64,000 nucleotides of DNA from the human T2T-CHM13v2.0 reference genome, Homo sapiens. Shown here in pieces: positions 58,901-64,000 of this stretch. The DNA is taken from assembly GCF_009914755.1 (NCBI RefSeq), contig NC_060925.1; one strand, written 5' to 3'. Positions within the stretch are counted from its first letter, which is position 1. Each line of letters starts with the position of its first letter. The position numbers were made by a program, and so were the translations under genes. A model generated the notes under the pieces. The model was not told the origin of the DNA and made no database searches. It saw only the letters and a list, made by a program, of their open reading frames with translations.

Positions 58901-61900
58901 GAATCATCATCCAACGGAAGCTAATGGAATCAACATCGAATGAATCGAATGGAAACACCATCGAATTGAAACGAATGGAATTGTCATGAAATTGAAATGG
59001 ATGGACTCATCATCGAATGGATTCGAATGGAATCATCGAATAAAATTGATTGAAATCATCATCCAATGGAATCGAATGGTATCATTGAATGGAATCGAAT
59101 GGAATCATCATCAGATGGAAATGAATGGAATCGTCATAGAATGGAATCGAATGGATTCATTGAATGGAATCAGATGGAATCATCGAATGGACTGGAATGG
59201 AATCATTGAATGGACACGAAAGGGATCATTATTGAATGGAATTGAATGGAAGCATCGAATGGTCTCGATTGGAATCATTATCAAATGGAATCGAATGGAA
59301 TCACCGAATAGAATCGAATGGAACAATCATCGAATGGACTCAAATGGAATTATCCTCCAATGGAATCGAATGGAATTATCGAATGCAATCGAATGGAATT
59401 ATCGAATGCAATCGAATAGAATCATCGAATGGACTCGAATGGAATCATCGAATGGAATGGAATGGAACAGTCAATGAACTCGAATGGAATCATCATTGAA
59501 TGGAATCGAATGGAATCATCGAGTGGAATCGAATGGAATTATGATCAAATGGAATCGAATGTAATCATCATCAAATGGAATCAAAAATAACCATCATCAA
59601 TTGGTATTGAATGGAATTGTCATCAAATGGAATTCAAAGGAATCATCATCAAATGGAACCGAATGGAATCCTCATTGAATGGAAATGAAAGGGGTCATCA
59701 TCTAATGGAATCGCATGGAATCATCATCAAATGGAATCGAATGGAATCATCATCAAATGGAATCTAATGGAATCATTGAACAGAATTGAATGGAATCGTC
59801 ATCGAATGAATTGAATGCAATCATCGAATGGTCTCGAATGGAATCATCTTCTAATGGAAAGGAATGGAATCATCGCATAGAATCGAATGGAATTATCATC
59901 GAATGGAATCGAATGGTATCAACACCAAACGGAAAAAAACGGAATTATCGAATGGAATCGAAGAGAATCTTCGAACGGACCCGAATGGAATCATCTAATG
60001 GAATGGAATGGAATAGTCCATGGACTCGAATGCAATCATCATCGAATGGAATCGAATGGAATCATCGAATGGACTCGAATGGAATAATCATTGAACGGAA
60101 TCGAATGGAATCATCATCGGATGGAAACGAATGGAATCATCATCGAATGGAAATGAAAGGAGTCATCATCTAATGGAATTGCATGGAATCATCATCAAAT
60201 GGAATCGAATGGAATCAACATCAAATGGAATCAAATGGAATCATTGAACGGAATTGAATGGAATCGTCATCGAATGAATTGACTGCAATCATCGAATGGT
60301 CTCGAATGGAATCATCTTCAAGTGGAATGGAATGGAATCATCGCATAGAATCGAATGGAATTATCATCGAATGGAATCGAATGGAATCAACATCAAACGG
60401 AAAAAAACGGAATTATCGAATGGAATCGAAGAGAATCATCGAATGGACCCGAATGGAATCATCTAATGGAATGGAATGGAATAATCCATGGACTCGAATG
60501 CAATCATCATCGAATGGAATCGAATGGAATCATCGAATGGACTCGAATGGAATAATCATTGAACGGAATAGAATGGAATCATCATCGGATGGAAATGAAT
60601 GGAATCATCATCTAATGGAATCGAATAGAATTATGGAATGAAATCCAGTGTGATCATCATCGAATGGACCCGAATGGAATCATCATCCAACGGAAGCTAA
60701 TGGAATCAACATCGAATGAATCAAATGGAAACACCATCGAATTGAAACGAATGGAATTATCATGAAATTGAAATGGATGGACTCATCATCGAATGGATTC
60801 GAATGGAATCATCGAATAAAATTGATTGAAATCATCATCGAATGGAATCGAATGGTATCATTGAATGGAATCGAATGGAATCATCATCAGATGGAAATGA
60901 ATGGAATCGTCATAGAATGGAATCGAATGGATTCATTGAATGGAATCAGATGGAATCATCGAATGGACTGGAATGGAATCATTGAATGGACTCGAAAGGG
61001 ATCATGATTGAATGGAATTGAATGGAATCATCGAATGGTCTCGATTGGAATCATTATCAAATGGAATCGAATGGAATCACCGAATAGAATCGAATGGAAC
61101 AATCATCGAATGGACTCAAATGGAATTATCCTCCAATGGAATCGAATGGAATTATCGAATGCAATCGAATGGAATTATCGAATGCAATCGAATAGAATCA
61201 TCGAATGGACTCGAATGGAATCATCGAATGGAATGGAATGGAACAGTCAATGAACTCGAATGGAATCATCATTGAATGGAATCGAATGGAATCATCGAGA
61301 GGAATCGAATGGAATTATGATCAAATGGAATCGAATGTAATCATCATCAAATGGAATCAAAAATAACCATCATCAATTGGTATTGAATGGAATTGTCATC
61401 AAATGGAATTCAAAGGAATCATCATCAAATGGAACCGAATGGAATCCTCATTGAATGGAAATGAAAGGGGTCATCATCTAATGGAATCGCATGGAATCAT
61501 CATCAAATGGAATCGAAAGGAATCATCATCAAATGGAATCTAATGGAATCATTGAACAGAATTGAATGGAATCGTCATCGAATGAATTGAATGCAATCAT
61601 CGAATGGTCTCGAATGGAATCATCTTCTAATGGAAAGGAATGGAATCATCGCATAGAATCGAATGGAATTATCATCGAATGGAATCGAATGGTATCAACA
61701 CCAAACGGAAAAAAACGGAATTATCGAATGGAATCGAAGAGAATCTTCGAACGGACCCGAATGGAATCATCTAATGGAATGGAATGGAATAATCCATGGA
61801 CTCGAATGCAATCATCATCGAATGGAATCGAATGGAATCATCGAATGGACTCGAATGGAATAATCGTTGAACGGAATCGAATGGAATCATCATCGGATGG

Positions 61901-64000
61901 AAACGAATGGAATCATCATCGAATGGAAATGAAAGGAGTCATCATCTAATGGAATTGCATGGAATCATCATCAAATGGAATCGAATGGAATCAACATCAA
62001 ATGGAATCAAATGGAATCATTGAACGGAATTGAATGGAATCGTCATCGAATGAATTGACTGCAATCATCGAATGGTCTCGAATGGAATCATCTTCAAATG
62101 GAATGGAATGGAATCATCGCATAGAATCGAATGGAATTATCATCGAATGGAATCGAATGGAATCAACATCAAACGGAAAAAAACGGAATTATCGAATGGA
62201 ATCGAAGAGAATCATCGAATGGACCCGAATGGAATCATCTAATGGAATGGAATGGAATAATCCATGGACTCGAATGCAATCATCATCGAATGGAATCGAA
62301 TGGAATCATCGAATGGACTCGAATGGAATAATCATTGAACGGAATCGAATGGAATCATCATCGGATGGAAATGAATGGAATCATCATCGAATGGAATCGA
62401 ATAGAATTATGGAATGAAATCCAGTGTGATCATCATCGAATGGACCCGAATGGAATCATCATCCAACGGAAGCTAATGGAATCAACATCGAATGAATCGA
62501 ATGGAAACACCATCGAATTGAAACGAATGGAATTATCATGAAATTGAAATGGATGGACTCATCATCGAATGGATTCGAATGGAATCATCGAATAAAATTG
62601 ATTGAAATCATCATCGAATGGAATCGAATGGTATCATTGAATGGAATCGAATGGAATCATCATCAGATGGAAATGAATGGAATCGTCATAGAATGGAATC
62701 GAATGGATTCATTGAATGGAATCAGATGGAATCATCGAATGGACTGGAATGGAATCATTGAATGGACTCGAAAGGGATCATTATTGAATGGAATTGAATG
62801 GAATCATCGAATGGTCTCGATTGGAATCATTATCAAATGGAATCGAATGGAATCACCGAATAGAATCGAATGGAACAATCATCGAATGGACTCAAATGGA
62901 ATTATCCTCCAATGGAATCGAATGGAATTATCGAATGCAATCGAATGGAATTATCGAATGCAATCGAATAGAATCATCGAATGGACTCGAATGGAATCAT
63001 CGAATGGAATGGAATGGAACAGTCAATGAACTCGAATGGAATCATCATTGAATGGAATCGAATGGAATCATCGAGTGGAATCGAATGGAATTATGATCAA
63101 ATGGAATCGAATGTAATCATCATCAAATGGAATCAAAAATAACCATCATCAATTGGTATTGAATGGAATTGTCATCAAATGGAATTCAAAGGAATCATCA
63201 TCAAATGGAACCGAATGGAATCCTCATTGAATGGAAATGAAAGGGGTCATCATCTAATGGAATCGCATGGAATCATCATCAAATGGAATCGAATGGAATC
63301 ATCATCAAATGGAATCTAATGGAATCATTGAACAGAATTGAATGGAATCGTCATCGAATGAATTGAATGCAATCATCGAATGGTCTCGAATGGAATCATC
63401 TTCTAATGGAAAGGAATGGAATCATCGCATAGAATCGAATGGAATTATCATCGAATGGAATCGAATGGTATCAACACCAAACGGAAAAAAACGGAATTAT
63501 CGAATGGAATCGAAGAGAATCTTCGAACGGACCCGAATGGAATCATCTAATGGAATGGAATGGAATAATCCATGGACTCGAATGCAATCATCATCGAATG
63601 GAATGGAATGGAATCATCGAATGGACTCGAATGGAATAATCATTGAACGGAATCGAATGGAATCATCATCGGATGGAAACGAATGGAATCATCATCGAAT
63701 GGAAATGAAAGGAGTCATCATCTAATGGAATTGCATGGAATCATCATAAAATGGAATCGAATGGAATCAACATCAAATGGAATCAAATGGAATCATTGAA
63801 CGGAATTGAATGGAATCGTCATCGAATGAATTGACTGCAATCATCGAATGGTCTCGAATGGAATCATCTTCAAATGGAATGGAATGGAATCATCGCATAG
63901 AATCGAATGGAATTATCATCGAATGGAATCGAATGGAATCAACATCAAACGGAAAAAAACGGAATTATCGAATGGAATCGAAGAGAATCATCGAATGGAC
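49134..64000 (+). repeat. Structurally homogeneous tract: eight consecutive exact 1,776-bp units plus a partial unit
   Basis: Anchors at 49134, 50910, 52686, 54462, 56238, 58014, 59790, 61566 and 63342 all differ by 1,776. Confidence 0.95.
58980..62500 (+). repeat. ~3.5-kb duplicated block, copy of ~46530-50070 (offset ~7 units, 12,428-12,451)
   Basis: Shared GGACACGAA (~46761/~59212), GAATAGTCC, CAAGTGG, CATCTAATGGAATCGAATAG, CGAGAGGAAT and TCGAAAGGAA (~49081/~61513). Confidence 0.85.

Larger units (their letters stand above)
1..64000 (+). repeat. Human Satellite II (HSat2/HSATII) pericentromeric tandem array, GAATG-rich strand on +
   Basis: Every line is made of ATCATCGAATGGAATCGAATGGA-type 23/26-bp monomers (reverse complement contains CATTCGATTC, the HSat2 hallmark as opposed to the pure CATTC of HSat3). 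There is no unique sequence and no strand switch anywhere. Confidence 0.98.
1..64000 (+). repeat. 1,776-bp higher-order unit, ~35 copies; probably the chr1q12 1.77-kb EcoRI family (HSat2A2)
   Basis: The anchor ACAGAATTGAATGGAATCGTC (ATG position) recurs at 2191, 3967, 5716, 7639, 9415, 11805, 13604, 15379, 17770, 19545, 20853, 23243, 25041, 26840, 28639, 30415, 32194, 33897, 35673, 37449, 40308, 42011, 43787, 45563, 47362, then every 1,776 bp from 49134 to 63342. One conserved GAATTC lies 160 bp upstream of the anchor (e.g. 2031-2036). The chromosome assignment rests on the known 1.77-kb period, not on alignment. Confidence 0.88.

Noticed and set aside
21-63725. Hundreds of short ORFs (MESSSNE..., MELSSNGIEW..., up to 178 aa), almost all on +
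   Set aside because: They are low-complexity translations of GAATG repeats, which are rich in ATG and relatively poor in stops. They overlap in several frames, are freely broken by stops and frameshifts between copies, and show no recognisable domain or gene structure.
1-64000. CRISPR-like or other repeat-spacer system
   Set aside because: The 23-26-bp repeats are directly adjacent with no unique spacers, leader or associated genes.
1-64000. HSat3 or alpha satellite assignment
   Set aside because: Pure (GGAAT)n runs are limited to about three copies, and ATCATCGAATGGAATCG dominates, which indicates HSat2. There is no 171-bp monomer or CENP-B box.
1-64000. Embedded transposon, unique island or inversion
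   Set aside because: All unit-to-unit distances are fully explained by 1,776 plus the listed indels, leaving no room for an insertion. No CATTC-strand segment was seen.
1-64000. A previously undescribed biological system
   Set aside because: Everything visible is explained by a known satellite family and ordinary tandem-array turnover. Any novelty is limited to the fine-scale variant structure.

Overview
The whole 64 kb window is one uninterrupted, single-orientation tandem satellite array. It is built from diverged GGAAT/CGAAT pentamers arranged in 23- and 26-bp monomers (ATCATCGAATGGAATCGAATGGA; ATCATCATCGAATGGAATCGAATGGA). This is the signature of human classical Satellite II (HSat2/HSATII), here with the GAATG strand on +. 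The monomers form a 1,776-bp higher-order unit with one conserved EcoRI site, which matches the well-known 1.77-kb chromosome 1q12 HSat2 repeat (HSat2A2 / pUC1.77 / D1Z1 type; inferred, not aligned). About 35 units are present. Each canonical unit holds two diverged 468-bp subrepeats plus about 840 bp of single-copy sequence. I see no genes, RNA genes, transposons or CRISPR arrays, and all listed ORFs are translation artefacts of the satellite. I did not find a new biological system. What is notable is the array's internal history. The left ~42 kb is a mosaic of structural variants (+23, -26, -72, +147 and +/-468 bp units, and a divergent subrepeat type) and multi-kb non-adjacent duplications (offsets 8,114, 11,438, 26,448 and 28,034 bp). 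The right ~15-20 kb is almost pure 1,776-bp units with a nascent 7-unit periodicity. Unit lengths and offsets were derived by hand from ORF-track coordinates and marker variants, and block boundaries are approximate.
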